A stretch of DNA of 64,000 nt from the human T2T-CHM13v2.0 reference genome, Homo sapiens (GCF_009914755.1 NC_060927.1), one strand, 5' to 3'; positions 14,484 through 35,159 are shown, numbered from the stretch's first letter. The notes: generated from the sequence alone by a model not told the origin. Translations and numbers: made by a program.

Positions 14484-15239
14484 TAAAATATAAATTTTTG
14501 AGTTAAGCTTAACTTCTCTCCTCCTCCTCCTCCCCTCCCTCTCTCTCCCTATGCCCCCACAAAATCACAATACTATCATACTTGAAAATTTGCCGTGCTA
14601 GGTTATTTTTTAAAACACGAATCCTCAGTGCATACTTTTAAAGTTTTCTTCACTTCTGTCACTTCACCTTGCTTTTTAGATGCTCTCTAGAGAATTACTT
14701 CCAGCATTTCCTACATGTTAAGTGGTCCTTTTCAATTGAACAGTCCAGTGACTTTCATCCTGTGAACATGTAATTAACAATATTATCACTGGCATCAGCA
14801 GTTCCGCTTTTCCATCTTCCACTCACTTTAATAGGCTAATAAAGGTAAAAGGCAGCAAAATATTCAGATATTTGTGCAAACTGGTGCTGCTGTGAAGACA
14901 GGCATGGCAGAACTGTCAAAACAGCCCTTGAGGAAACAACCCTTGGAAGTATTGGTTTGTCAGCTCATGTCAGGATGCTTAACATAAAAGTCTTTGGGGG
15001 TTGCAGTCAGTACTGTGCAAAAATTGAACTTGAAATTTGAGGCCCATGAGTATTTTCTTACGTAGGTATGCTCTGCTCCATGCAGCTTTTAGGAGAGGCA
15101 GCACCAGGAAAAACTTGTGTTCCTTCCGACTAGAGACCTGATGATTCTATGATCTAAAAATCTAAATTGACCCCTTGCTGGGCCACTCCCTCAGCTCCTG
15201 AGCAAGCTTCCCTTGTGCATTTGAAAGCGTATTTGGTTT

Positions 15240-15750
15240 AAGAGAAATGAAAACATATGCTCACACAAAAACTGTACACAAGTGTCTTTTGCAGCATTAT
15301 TTACAATAGCCAAAATGTGGAAACAATCCAAATGCCCGTCACCTGATGAATCTATAAACAAAACGTGGTATACCAAACAGTGGAATATTGTTCAGTCATT
15401 AAAAAGATCGAAGCACTGTTACATGCCACAACGAGGAGGAACCTTGACAACTTTAAGCTGTATGAAAGAAGCCAGACACAAAAGGCCACATCTCGCATGA
15501 TTCCATTTATGTGAAATGTCCAGGATAGGCAAACCCATAGAGACCATAGATGAGTGGTTACCTTGGCCTGAGGGTGGTAGGGGTGGGAGAGAATGGGGAA
15601 CAGCTGCTAATGCAGAAGAGATTTCCTTAGGGTGATAAAAATGCTCTAAAGTTGATTGTGATGATGGCTATGAATACACTAAAATCTATTGTGTACTTTA
15701 AGTGGTTGAATTTATGGTATATGAATTATCTCTCAATAAAGCTGTTATGT
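15240..15750 (+). mobile_element. L1MB-like 3' end
   Basis: gcagcattatttacaatagccaaaatgtggaaacaatccaaatg...ctcaataaagctgtt. Confidence 0.8.
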
Positions 15751-16646
15751 AACAAATAGGATTCATTTACACTGATGCCTCAAGATATGCCCAGAGGTCT
15801 TCACTGGCATTTATTTTTATCTTTTTCTTGGAGTTGGGGTGCAGTGCAGCACCGGGGTGGGGGATATGCTGGGTAATATAAGGGTGCAGGAAAACTGGTG
15901 TCCTTTCATCTTTAAAACTCTGTGTAAACTTAGATTCTCTCCTCAAAAATCACCCATGAAACGGTGGTGACTTTGTTTGCCCCTATGATCTTATTTTACT
16001 TCCAGTTCTTCATCTGGAGTTACTTTAACAGATAATTAACTAACTCCTTCCTTCTCTACCCACTCCCCTCAAACTAAATGTAAAGCATCTTTGTACTTCA
16101 TAGGCAACAGTCGATGACTTTCCTTTTTCTGGAGTTTTCCAGGGTCAGGAATTGCTTTAGTGTTCAAAAAACAGTATTGGTTATCAGCTAAAGACAGGCC
16201 CTTTTATTTATACGACCCATCAAGCAGACAGGGTTTAAAAATAACACCAAGTCAGCGGTGTGCTTTCCTGGGGTGAAGCGGCGGGGGGGCCAGCATTGTT
16301 TCCCAGAGAAACGTGACGCTGGTTAAACAACACTGGGGACTAACTAGATGAGGCTCGGGTCACATGTCAGCTTGTTCACTTGAAAAGCTGCTGAATGTAG
16401 AAAACCATGGTGGGAAGAGGGGCAGGAACGCATTCACCCGGGTATGCACGTGCGACGGGGGCTTGGGTGTGCATGTGGACCCCTGGTGCCTCCGTGGAGC
16501 CTTGTGAGGAGGAGGGAGGGCAGGCCTGACCTTTTCAGTGCCATGTTGTGCTGAGGATGAGTGTGCCCTCCCGAGTGGGAGCCCCCACCCTAGGACCCCC
16601 CAGACTCCATTTGTTGTGAAGGGAAATTGCAACCACAATCTGCTAA

Positions 16647-17170
16647 ATCAGGAGTTGGCAAACTACAGCCTGGGAACCAGATCATGCCTGCTGCCTGTTT
16701 TTAGATTTTCTTTTTTTAAAGACAGAGTCTTACTCCCATCCCCCAGGTTGGATTACAGTGGTGCAATCATGGCTCACTGCAGCCCTGACTTCCCGGGCTC
16801 AAGCAATCCTCCCACCTCAGCCTCCCAAGTGGCTGGGACTACAGGCGCATGCCACCACACCTGGTAATTTTTTTCCATTTTTTGTAGAGACAGAGTCTCA
16901 CTATGTTGCCCAGGTTTGTCTTAAAATCCTGGGTTCAAGTAATCCACCCGCCTTGGCCTCCCAAGGTGCTGGGAGTTACAGGCGTGAGCCATGGCATCTG
17001 GCACCTGATTTTGGAAGTTTTTGTTCAAACACAGCCATGCCCATTTGTTTATATGTTGGCCACTTTCGGGCCTCAACAGCAGAGATGGGTTAGCGCCACT
17101 GTCTGTCCTGTGAAGCCTAAACCGTTCATTATCTGGCCCTGTCTAAGAGGAAGTTTGCTGACTTCAGTGC
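16647..17170. mobile_element. MER58A interrupted by an AluJ (16709-17003, minus)
   Basis: caggagttggcaaactacagcc terminus and gaagtttgctgac terminus, with an Alu body between them. Confidence 0.8.
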
Positions 17171-17917
17171 TAAATGATGGAATTCCCTTCCCATGGGAGT
17201 CCCTGAAGAGGACTTTATTGGTGGTACTTGGAATCTGAGTCTACTGTGTGTGTGAGGAAAACCACAGGTCCCAGAGCTGTATGCCTAGGGGTTCAAGAAC
17301 CCAACTGAGTGTGCAGTCCAATTCAGATTATTCTGACATGGCACATTGGCTGTGTATTCATTAGATGGCTTGTTTTTGTTTTTTTTTCCTCCCTGGAGTA
17401 GTCAAGAAGGTAATTATTTGGTCATCTTTCAAATATTCTTTAGTGGTGTGTTTATTAATTACAAGAGCATTTGGAGTCAGTGAGGAGCAGGCATGAGACT
17501 AATTTACATTTTGCTTCTAAAGGATGAAGTTGTATGACACCAAGTTTAATGTTTCCCGGTGAGAGTAATCTCCTCATGGACTGATAACCTAAGTAGCTTC
17601 CTGGCTGGCCTGCTTCTCATGCTGCCCTGGTAATGGATACCTGTTGAGTTATTTGTTCACAGTGTTTCTAGGAATTGTTAGTCCTTCTAACAGACTAACA
17701 TGTATGGTGGCAGTGGGAAGGGCATGTTCACTTACTGTGATATCCTCCCACCCCTTCCCACCCCAGCCATGGCATAGATGGTTGGTCCAAAAATGGGTGC
17801 CTGGCCCAAGATGGGCCAATAGTGGCATAGTACTCCCTGGGAAATTAGACCTGAGACCGAGTTGCTGTAAGTCTGTCTCTGAGTGACTGGAGCTCTAACA
17901 TTTACAATTTGGATTGC

Positions 17918-18416
17918 CTTTTTCTTTCATGTGGCTGGGATACAGAGTAATCCAGAGACAGAGAAAGCAGAGGGGGACATCTTGCATTCCCCATGACATC
18001 TTGGAAGATCTTGGTTCCTGCTTCTCCAGAGTAGGCGTTTTATGGCTTGGGCGGGGTGGGACCTCATGGGATGCTGTATAGGCTCTCTCCATAGACCCTG
18101 GCCCAGGTGCTGGTCCTGAGGCCTGGCCTTTCCTACAAGCAAGGAGGCAGTGAGGTCAGCCTAGCAGCTGGAGGACCAGGGATGCTGCAGCCAAGGGGAG
18201 ATGATATTCAGATGCTTTGGTGGCAAGACTAGGAGTGAGTCCTTCCAATTGCACATCTGGCAGCTTTTGAGCTCCTGAGGCCAGCCTGGCTGGGGGCAGG
18301 AAGGATGGGGACAGCTGGACAACTATTGAGGGCCTGTTCGGGTAGCTTTCTACTAGCCACGCATCCGTCTAGCTTCCTGTCCCCAGTTCACTTCCTTGAG
18401 ATGCCTTCATGGATTT
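17918..18416 (-). pseudogene. Possible decayed Pro/Ser-rich exon of the antisense gene
   Basis: cttgctcccag| acceptor, phase-compatible with the 18648 donor. GC-richer unique sequence with several stops, ending AAG|gcaatc. Confidence 0.3.
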
Positions 18417-18647
18417 CTGGGAGCAAGCAGCAGCAGTGAAACAACCGTTTTCACATTCTCCCCCAACTCACCATCTCTATCTTATGTAGTTTACAAAAAC
18501 AAGCTTGTTTTACTCCATGTATAAAAAAATATTTTTTTCAAGTTAATGTGGGCATGGCCAGATTTTGGCTCTCATACTTTTTAACTTCTACCTATAAGGT
18601 AACCTTGTAACTTTTACCCCCAATAGTCTTTCCATATAAACAGTTAC

Positions 18648-18805
18648 CTGTTGTTCTTGGACCAGAGACCGAATCATCACAAGCTTCCTTGGAGCTTATG
18701 AGATTCCCAGAGCTTTGTAGCAAAGCCCCTTTCCTGCTCAGGTTCACACAGAAGATGTCTGTGACCTTGAACTGCTGAATCTCCTTTGGCATTTTGAGCA
18801 TAACT
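18648..18805 (-). pseudogene. Putative decayed exon of the antisense gene
   Basis: ccatctctag| acceptor and CAG|gtaact donor. Open frame VMLKMPKEIQQFKVTDIFCVNLSRKGALLQSSGNLISSKEACDDSVSGPRTT, within track ORF 18592..19059. Confidence 0.4.
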
Positions 18806-19787
18806 CTAGAGATGGCCAAAGATCTTATAAATGAGTAAAACCTCTGGAAGTCAGAAAAGAAGGTACAGATTCTGCCTCTACTTGCCTGCTTTGGGCAAGT
18901 TGCCAAAGCGTTTCTCCACTTTGAAAACGTGGATAAAATCAACACTATCAAGTTGTTGCAGAGATTAATGGTGATACTTAGGACGCCCATGCTAGGGACT
19001 CGAAGGATGTTAGCTGTTTCTCTTTTTCTCCCCTGCAAAATGATGCAGGCCAGGGCCAAAACTGACCAGTTCTGCTAGTTGCCAACAACTCTGTAAAAAA
19101 TTGGGTGGAAGAAGGAGTAAATGACTTTGAATCTGTTAAAGTGAATTTGGGAGATTGATGGTAAACTTTGATATGCCAGCCCTCCTGTTTCTATAGCTAG
19201 TTGAGTCGGCTGAGCTTTGTTTTTCTGTTTGAACCCCTTTGTTAATTTCCATGTCTTTCACAATTATCAGACTTTTAATTTCATTGGTGGTTTGCAACAT
19301 GACCTATTACCCCATTTATTTAAGAACAACAAAGTAGAGGTCTGGTTGTGAAGTCGTATGCTTATAACATTAAAAAAAAACTTTTTCCAGTCTGGTAGTT
19401 GAATCTGGTGAGTTCAGAAAATCTGCTTCCATCCAAAAATGCTTTCAAGTTATTCCCAGAGAAAAAGGGTTCCCTGGGCCTTTCCTTCCAAAAGAGAATG
19501 CAGACTTGTTATCAATATTATCAATACCTGTCTGTTAACATTTGAGAGGAAGGTTTTTTGTCTACAGTGCACAAGCTGCTGATTTCGTGTAATTATCTCA
19601 GGTTTATTGGCTTGTTTTGGGTACGTCCTTCCCTTACATAAAACTATGCCATGCTTCTCTAAGAGGGTGAAAAGGTAGCAGATGGTCCTTTTTTTCCTCA
19701 TTTAGGGAATTATTACTGTTAAACTTGTCTAAGGACAAAGATGGCAGGGCCTTTTGGCAGCATCTTACCCAGGAAGGAGCTCAGTGA

Positions 19788-20264
19788 TGTAGAGGAGGCA
19801 GAATTACCTACCAACCCCCTGCATCTGGCTGGGCCTGAGAATCAAACTGACATCAGACAGGTTAACAGGAGGGAAGTGTATAGATTTTTACACATATGTG
19901 GGAGCCCCCATAGGAAAACAAAGACCCAAGGAAATGGCAAAGCCCAAGTGCTTATATACTAGGTTGGACAAAAAGAGGCAATCGTGGAAAAGTAACATAA
20001 GGGGAGACCAAAGGAAGAGCAGAGTTATGTTAAGAAGTTCTGTTTGCACAGAATTCTCTTGGCCTCAGCTCCCCACTTCTGGTGATGAGAATGTTCCCTT
20101 TCCTTCTGGTGCAGGGAGGGCATCTTTTTATCTCCTGCTTTCAGGAAGAAAAGGGGGCAGTCAGAGCACCCCTCTTGCACCTGTTGTTTTTGAAGTGTCT
20201 TTAGCTCAAATTAATCCTATGCCAAAGTGGCATATTTCAGGGTAGCATATTCTGCCATCCTTCA
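19788..20264. mobile_element. ERV1 (MER4-group-like) solo LTR
   Basis: TG...CA termini with 4-bp TSD GTGA at 19784-19787 and 20265-20268. Confidence 0.8.
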
Positions 20265-21009
20265 GTGAACTATTTAAAATTTTAGCTCATTTGGCAGCAG
20301 CACTTATTCCAGTTTTAGTGGGGGCATTGATTTATGACCATCCCCGGTGGGTCATTACATGCCTATTTAAATTGTGAAATAGACCAAGGGGTGCTTCTGT
20401 GCAACTCAGTTACAGGGGGGAAAGTTCCAATAATAGAGGTGCATTATTATTTGCATGCTTAAAAAGCCTCCACAATTGTCAGTGCAGATAAAAGGCCATG
20501 CTGAGCCATGAATAATCACTTGCTCCTAGAGTAGGGGAGGGGACCTCTCTTTTTTTAAGACTCAATGGAACAGAAACGTCACAGTAGGCATCTAAATTAA
20601 CAACTCTTGTTTCTGTAAGCCTGGACTTTCTAAGCTTTTCAGCCAAACTATCTCACGCCTCTGAGAGTGAACTTACTCTCTCAGGGGTCTTAAGGCGAGG
20701 CCTGAAACTACCCAGGTTAAATTTTAGTTTGAAGTTTTGTCTTACTTTTTAAATTTTTGTGAGCTGTCTCCTCCCCTACAATATTTCTGGTTGTGATTTT
20801 CAATGAAAAGGTATTTATTTATTTCTCTGTGACAGTGCTTCTTCCCTACCTATCTCCCACATTTTTGAATAAAACTGATTCCCCATAGTCCAGCAGATCT
20901 CCAAAATTAGTTGTGCACTGCAGTTTTCCTTCTCATCATTCATTAGTCACAAAGGAAGCCCAAAGGGGTGAGCAGCTAACTGAAATGCCAGTGGAGCTTT
21001 CGAACCCAC

Positions 21010-21344
21010 CAAGGGGAGGGATATTCCTCTCCCAGGAGCAGTGCTGTCAGTGGCTTCAACCAGGATGGGGGCATTTATTAATGAGACTTGTGAAGCAGCC
21101 AGCTCAGGATGACTGGCATGAAACCTTCTCTCAGGAATGCAGGTCTGCTCCCAAGAGGGGGCAAAGGCAGCCAGGAAAGGTGCAGAACCCAGCCTGGCGG
21201 GGCCCTCCCCACTATACCACTCATCTGCTGGCCTTCTAGGCAACATTGCATTGAAGCAAATCCTGCTGACTCGTCACACTCGATCGCATGACTGGGTCTC
21301 CCCATACAGCCATTGGCAAAGGAGATCTTGAAGATGTGCCAACT
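21010..21344 (-). pseudogene. Putative decayed exon of the antisense gene
   Basis: gtgtttcag| acceptor and TTG|gtgggt donor. 111 codons with a single TGA: LAHLQDLLCQWLYGETQSCDRV*RVSRICFNAMLPRRPADEWYSGE... Its phase-1 entry matches the 30184 donor. Confidence 0.5.
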
Positions 21345-21605
21345 CTGAAACACTGATGCCAGAATAGGTTTTCAAAAATGCCTCTAGTTCTATCACTGCC
21401 TGCTCAGTGAATAAAATCTGAACTCCTTAACCTGCCATTCTGAGCACTCCAGGGTGGCCCCAACCACCCTCTCCCTCTATATCTCACATTACCATCCAAA
21501 GTGTTGCTAACTCTATGGCCTTTTACCCTGTCCTCAAAGCAGTTAGGTGCCAAATCCCAGCCTCATCCCGGCCTGGAGTACAACTGCTTACACTGAGGTC
21601 CTGAC

Positions 21606-21915
<310 letters not shown>

Positions 21916-23030
21916 TCAGTCTGGTCTTTTTGAGGCAGTGAGTTCTCTCTGAGCACCCAGAGTCATTTATTGGTTTCCCCGATAACCCAAGAATGAATCT
22001 CTCAACATGTCTTGATGGGATTCCACTTCCTGGACCTTTGCCACTGGCTGCATTTGCAGTGCTAGTTTTCTATTTATCTCCCTGGCCACACTGAACATTC
22101 TTCAAGGGAAGGAGCTATGTCGTCTTTCTTGTATACACTGGCCTTGTGCATGGCTTCCTTAGTTGTCCTGGTGTCCAGTAACTTTAGTGACCCTCATTCA
22201 GCTGCTAGAAGAGTTAAAAAAAAAAAAAAAATGGAGTTTTTCACAAAGGTGCTGTAAACAGGTATAATCCAGGAAAACTCAAGTTTACATGGAAACTAAA
22301 TTAGAAAATGATTGTCCTTCCAAATAGGATTGTATGCATTCTCTTCTGAATAGTACTTCTCTGAGGCTTTTAAAATAAATTTTGATTTACAGCAACTTGA
22401 TAACATCTTTTAGAAAAAAATCCCTTAAAATGTTGGGGCTCACCTAGGTTTAAAAATGTGGTTGTTGATGCATTTTTAAAAGATATTAGAAAGGCAATAT
22501 TGATGGCTGTTAAATTTAAAAATAAAACATATTCCTACAACTCAATAATTCATCATCCTCCAAGGAGGATTTTATTTTTAAGGAATTGCCCTACTTTGAT
22601 TGCCTGAAGGTTTTGATTCTTCTCCTCTTGGAATGAATTTGAATTTGAGACTCCCAAGCAAAATTGGATTTTTCTCAGTTGCAAAATACCAGATTCAGCA
22701 TATAGGGCTTTCAGAGGGTAACTGGAGAGTTCCATTCCCATCTGCCAAATTGTATAAACTGTGCTGCAGCCTCTCCTAGTATTTAATGTAGGTAGAAATT
22801 TCATTTTTTATGTGGCAGGTCAAAAAGATTGAAGTGTAGAATATAGTGAGAGGAGAAACTGCCTGCACCCTCTTCAGTATTATGGCAGATTGGCCACCTT
22901 CTCCATGCAGATTCTTTTCGATTATAGTAATAGGTGAACTTATAATCAGTGAATATGAGAACCCATGAATACATATATACATTTGTATGCTATAAGGGTA
23001 TGTGATTTTTGCAATCAAGAAAGCAATACT

Positions 23031-27130
<4,100 letters not shown>

Positions 27131-28121
27131 ACACGCGCACACACACACACACACAAGTAAGTCATGAATAAAAAGGAAAAAAAAGCAACACCTTAATTGT
27201 GAGGCAACTGTAAAATAAATGAGAATTCAAGCAAATTTTGGATGGAAAAGTTGAAATCCTACAGAAGCATAGTACAATTAGAAAAGCAAGGCATTGTCCA
27301 TATGGGGCTGGGTTAGCTGCAGCCCGTCGCAGTGGACGCAGCACAGGATGTAAAGCTGGGGTGCTGGTTGCTAGTTCCACCTGCTGCAGACCTGCAGTGG
27401 GGACAGTTACCTCTGAGCATCAGTAGCCTCAGGCGTAGATAAGGAGGGTGACCTCTGCCATGTGAGACCCAGCTGGAAGAGAGAGGGGGCTTCTTAGCTG
27501 GGATAGAATCTCAAGCAAAATCACAGTGGGTTTTGATACCTGGGGAGTGGCAGAGAGGAGTCAGGAGGTGAGGGGTGGGGAGCTTGGAGAAGGGCACAGA
27601 AGGAGGCGATGGGAAAGGAGATCTGGCCTGTAGGGTAAAGGCCTCATGGGGAGGGGCTGAGAAACAAGGTTGCTGAGACATGAATTTGGGCTGATTAGGG
27701 AAGTGCCTTCTAATGCTGTCCTTAGCACGCTCAGCCGCCTCAATCCTTCTTGAATCTGTATAAAGCAGCCAGTCTCTGAAAATAGAGACCACTCGATGGG
27801 GCCTCTGGGGGCCTCCTGTAAGAGGAGAGAGATGCTTAGTGAGACAGCCTTGGTCAGTGATTCTCAAACTCTGTTGGACTTGGGAAAAGAGTTACCTTCC
27901 CCACCCAGTTCATGGCACTGTACCCTCATTGGTCCTCAAAAGGCCCCCCTTGTTTGGTTTGTTGCCTTTTATCCTCATTTCTTACTGTTATCCTCTCCCC
28001 TTCTCCCATGGGCTACCGTTATTAATATGTGTTTGATGTATATGCTGTTTGTATGTATTCTTATAAAACAAGAAGGTTTGGAATGTGTGTGTTTTTAATG
28101 TACATAGATGGTAGCAGTCTA

Positions 28122-28610
28122 GAACAGCAGTTGGCAAACTGTAAAGGGCCAGAATAGTAAATATTTTAGACTTTATGGACCATATGGACTCTGTTGCAAC
28201 TACTCCACTGTGTCATTGTAGCACAAAAGCAGCCAACGACATATGCAAATGAGTGAGCATGGCTGTGTTCTAATAAAACTGTATTTATGGACACTGAAAT
28301 TTGAATGTCATGTAATTTTTATATGTCACAAAATATTCTTTTGATTTTTTCCAACTGTTTAAAACCCCTTGTAGCTTGTGGACCATACAAAAACACTGTG
28401 GCCAGATTTGGCTACTGGGTTGTAATTGTGTGATTCCTCATCTAGCTCCTTGCTGCTCAGTATGTTCTGTGGACCAACAGCACGGGCATCACCAGAAAGC
28501 TTGTTAGAAATGCAGATCTTAGGCCTCATCCCAGACCTGCTGGGTCAGCACCTGCATTTTAACAAGACCCCTGGTGATTGTGTATACACTGATGTTTGGG
28601 AAGCACTGGG
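28122..28610. mobile_element. MER58B-like element followed by MER5A
   Basis: cagcagttggcaaact...aagggccagaatagtaaatattttag and cttgttagaaatgcagat motifs. Confidence 0.7.
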
Positions 28611-29066
28611 CAATGTTTCATTTTTTTTATCCTTTCTCATTTAGCACTCTTCTAAAGACCGAACCATTTCGCTAGATCTAACCCATTGCTTGTAACTGCA
28701 GCACAGTATTTCCATATTCACTTTTCCACCAAAAAAAAAAAAAAAAAAGGAAAAGAAAAGGTACCGAGACATTGGAAAGATTACTGGTTGCCAAGGGTTA
28801 GAAATGATGCAGGTGAAAGATGAATAGGCAGAGCACGGATGGTTTCAGGTGGTGAAAATACTGTGTGCTGGCTCTGATGATGGATACATGTCATTATACA
28901 TTTGTCTAAACCCATAGAATGCCTACCACCATGAGTGAACCCTAATGTAAACTATGGGCTTTGGTCAATAATAATGTGTCATTAATTGGCTTATCAATTA
29001 TATAAATTATAGGGGAGCTCAGGGAGGAGAGAAGGGGATATGTGGGAACTCTGCATGTTCCAATCA

Positions 29067-29375
29067 ATTTTTCTTTTCTTTTTTTTTTTCTTCAAGACAG
29101 AGTGTCCCTCTGTCACCGAGGCTGGGGTGCAGTGGTGCAATCTCAGCTCACTGCAACCTCCACCTCCCAGGTTCTAAGCGATTCTCCTGCCTAAGCCTCC
29201 GGAGTAGCTGGGATTACAGGCACGCACCACCATGCCCAGCTAATTTTGTATTTTCAGTAGAGATGGGGTTTCACCATCTTGGCCAGGCTGGTCTCAAACT
29301 CCTGGCCTCAGGTGATCCACCCGCCTCTGCCTCCCAAAGTGCTGGGACTACAGGCGTGAGCCACCACACCTGGCC
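29067..29375 (-). mobile_element. AluS
   Basis: TSD caatcaatttt. Confidence 0.92.
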
Positions 29376-29422
29376 CAATCAATTTTCTGTAAACCTAAAA
29401 CTGCTCTAAAAAATAGTCTATT

Positions 29423-30889
<1,467 letters not shown>

Positions 30890-31941
30890 CTAAAGGGCAT
30901 GTATGTCTGCCAGGGCCCTTTCAGTTTCATAAAAGCAAGGAGACTTGCAGGGCGGGAGATCAGAACTCTCCCTTGAAGATGAAGCGCACAGTCTTACTTC
31001 CTGCACTCAGAGGCAGTTAAACATCCGGAGGGCAAGTGGACCGAGGGAATGACAGACTCCAGAAAGCAGTCCTGACCAAGTGGGAGAGGCCCTCCAGGGC
31101 AGCGACTCTCAGCATGAGGGCATGGATTCTCACACCCGCCAGCACTGGGGCAAATGCTTGGCGTCTTTGGTGGAGGCAAGCATTTCATAATCCTCCTTGT
31201 TTGATTTTTATTTCATTTCTTTTGAGATTGACATTAAAGAGTAGCTGTGTGACTTTTGATACATGCACAGTTGTACAATTGCATCTGAACCTTTTTGTGT
31301 GATGTCCCTCCCTCCCCCACCTTCCTCCCTAGTGCCTAAAGGTAGAAGGACAGAGGTGGAGCTATCCCAAGTAAAGCCGGTTCTCAGGCTCTGTGCAGTC
31401 CCTTCAGGGGACCTGTGATAAAGTGGAGTCGGCACAAATCAAGGCTTGTACATGTAAGATTTTATCTTGACCTCAAACTGGGCTGTGGACCTGAGGCAGT
31501 GCTGGGAGGCTCTGTAGCAGAAAAGAGTCCTTAGACCTGGCTTTCAGCCAGGGCTCCAGCAGCTTTGCAGAACATGGTTTTGAACATAGCCTTTCACTGC
31601 TGTGAGCCTCAGTTTCCCTCTGTAAAATAAAGATAATCATATCTCCATCATACAACTGTTGTGTGGCTAAATGAGATGTGAGCGATGTAACTGGTGATAT
31701 CCTATACAAATACTGATGGTGCTGGAGGTAAGACATTTATTGTCATTCAATAAACGTCTCTCTCCCACACAGAAATGGAAGGAGCTGTTTTTATAGGGAC
31801 TCTTGCCTCTTCCTCACTACTCTCTCATCCTCTTTCCTGTAAGCCTTTATCTCAGTTCTGTTCCTTGGGAGATAGCATTCATTTTTTTCTTCTCCTCTTT
31901 GCCTTTTATTCCCCCATGCTTCACCAAAAACAGAAGGAAAT

Positions 31942-32346
31942 TGTCTGTTTTCTGTTGCTGTGATTGAATACCTGAGACTGGGTAATCTATTAAGGAAACC
32001 ATTGTTTCTTCCAGTTTTGGAGGCAGGAAGTCCAAGGCCAAGGGGTCATAGCTGGTGAGGGCCTTTTTGCTGGTGGGGACTCTGCAGAGTTTTGAGGCGG
32101 TGCAGGGCATCACATTGCAAGGAGGCTCACGAGAGACAGCCAGACTGACTTTTAAAACAGACTCCCTCTTGTGATAACAAACCTCCTCCCGAGATAACTC
32201 ATTAATCCATGAATGGATTAATCCATTTGTGAGAGCAGAGCCCTCATGATCCAATCACCTCCCAAAGATCCCACCTCTCAACACTGCTGCATTTGAGGAC
32301 CAAGTTTCCAACACATAAAGTTTGGGGGACACATTCAAACCACAGT
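31942..32346 (-). mobile_element. MST-type MaLR LTR
   Basis: gaatacctgagactgggtaat...ccctcatgatccaatcacctcccaaag...ggacacattcaaacca. Confidence 0.8.
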
Positions 32347-32909
32347 GGAAACCAACATGTGAAATGGAAAAGTGTTGACAGAAGTAAGTAAATGTGGGAG
32401 CCAGGTTAGCATCTGACCACAGACAACACCAGCCAGGCCTGCACGGACAGAGGTGGCCCTGGAATATCACCAAATCCAATCCCCTCACTCTAAGAGTCTT
32501 CTTTTCACACAGTTTGTTCAGTGTTCTTGAAGACTCTAAGCTGTTTGGCTGGGGCTGGCTGCAGCTTTACTTAATGGTGACCCAGGACCATGATCCAAGT
32601 GTTTTTCTCTGATTCTGGGGGAAGATTTGTGTTCTTTGTGAGTCCTGAGAAGATCTTGGATTGGGTCATCAGCATCCAGTATTCCTTTTAAATCCCTGGT
32701 GTGTGGAGCAGCCCATGAGAAAGAGGGAAGAAAATAGGGCTTCTTAAACTTGAGCTGCTTGGGAAGACACCTTGCTGGGCTCCTTCCCAGAAATGCTGAT
32801 TCAGCAGGTCTGGGTGTGACCTAAAAGTCTGCATTTCTCACATGCTCCTGGGGGATACTGATCCTGCTGGCCTGGGACCAGACATCATTGGAGAATCCAA
32901 GGCTACAAG

Positions 32910-33415
<506 letters not shown>

Positions 33416-33799
33416 CTTGAGGTTCCTCAGCACCCTTAGCCCAGTAGTTCTAATTACAGGCATGGGACACCTCCCATTCCTTTCTTTCACTGACTGAGTA
33501 CCCTAGGGCCACTACTGTTAAGAAACCAACTCTGCTAAGCATTAAATCATGTTCTCTGGAAGAAAAAACATGAGACTGATATCACTGCTTTTACCTCTAT
33601 CTTTGCCGATCACAAAACACCTTAAGACCCTGCAGCAACCTAGGTGGTGCTGTACCCATCTTGTGAAGGTACAAACCAAGGCTCAGGAAAATAGTTATGT
33701 CTGTGGTCACACAGCAAATTAGTGACAAACCCAGGTCTCCCAGGCTTTGCACCTAACACACTACCTATTGTATATAAGGCAAAATTGGATGGTACTTTG

Positions 33800-34290
33800 T
33801 ATATTGGTCATCTAATTCTGTGTAACAAATTACCCCTAAATGTAATAGCCTAAAGCAGCAGAAGACATTTGTTATCACTCACGGTGTCTGTACATAAGGA
33901 ATTCAGGATCAACGTGGCTGAGCAGTTCTGGCTCAGGTGTTTTCCTAAGGTTCCATCAGATGTCTGCCAGAGCTGCAGTCACTTAAAGTTTAACTGGGGC
34001 TGAAGAATCCACTTCCAAGGATTCAGCTTGGAGAATCAGCTTCACTCACGTGGCTGGCAAGTTGGTGCTGGCTATTGGTGGGAAACTTCATTTCTGTTCC
34101 ATGTTGACCTCCCTGCAAGGCTGCTTGAGTGTCCTCACAATATGGATGCTATCTCCTTTTTATGACACAGCCTCCCAAGTCACATAGCATAATTTCTGCC
34201 ACATTCTGTTCATCAAAAGCAAGTCAGTAAGTCCAGCTTACCTTCAAGAAGAGCATCAAAGAATTTGTGGGCATATCTTAAAGCCAGCCC
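33800..34290. mobile_element. MLT1-type LTR
   Basis: tgtgtaacaaattacccctaaa...ttctgccacattctgttcatca. Confidence 0.7.
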
Positions 34291-34485
34291 AGTAGGTCAA
34301 TTTCCATTCCATTGCCTGCTGGGAAAATCAGGGTCCTGTGGTGTTGTCACAGTGCCGGTCTTTAGTTGATCGTAGAACGTGAGACTAAAGTCCTAAGCAA
34401 GAATAAGGTAATTCACAAATTACTAGCAACATCTAGGCCTCAAGTTTTGTTCTGTTCTGGAATAGAGTACCCAAAGGAATCTTAC

Positions 34486-34736
34486 ACAGTTGGACTTCAG
34501 AAAAGGTCAGAGAGGACCGGAAGGAGATGCCCATCTTCATGCTGTGTTTGAAAACAGAAAGACGACCACATGGTTTGAAATCCTCCCAGGCAATCCAGAC
34601 ATGCTTCTGCTAAGGGCCAGCTCTCCATTCCCAATTAAAAACTATCTTTCTAGCCCAGAGGCCAAGTGCCTTGTTGGAGAAAGCAGCAAGGCCTGAAGCC
34701 CTTCGGTTGTGCTTGTTGATGCTCCACACAGTTCCC
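34486..34736 (-). pseudogene. Putative decayed exon of the antisense gene
   Basis: ttaatactttatag| acceptor and |gtaaga donor. 83 codons with one stop: GTVWSINKHNRRASGLAAFSNKALGLWARKIVFNWEWRAGP*QKHVWIAWEDFKPCGRLSVFKHSMKMGISFRSSLTFSEVQL. Confidence 0.45.
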
Positions 34737-34780
34737 CTATAAAGTATTAAACATACTTCAGTAAGAACTCTGCAGGGGTA

Positions 34781-35159
<379 letters not shown>

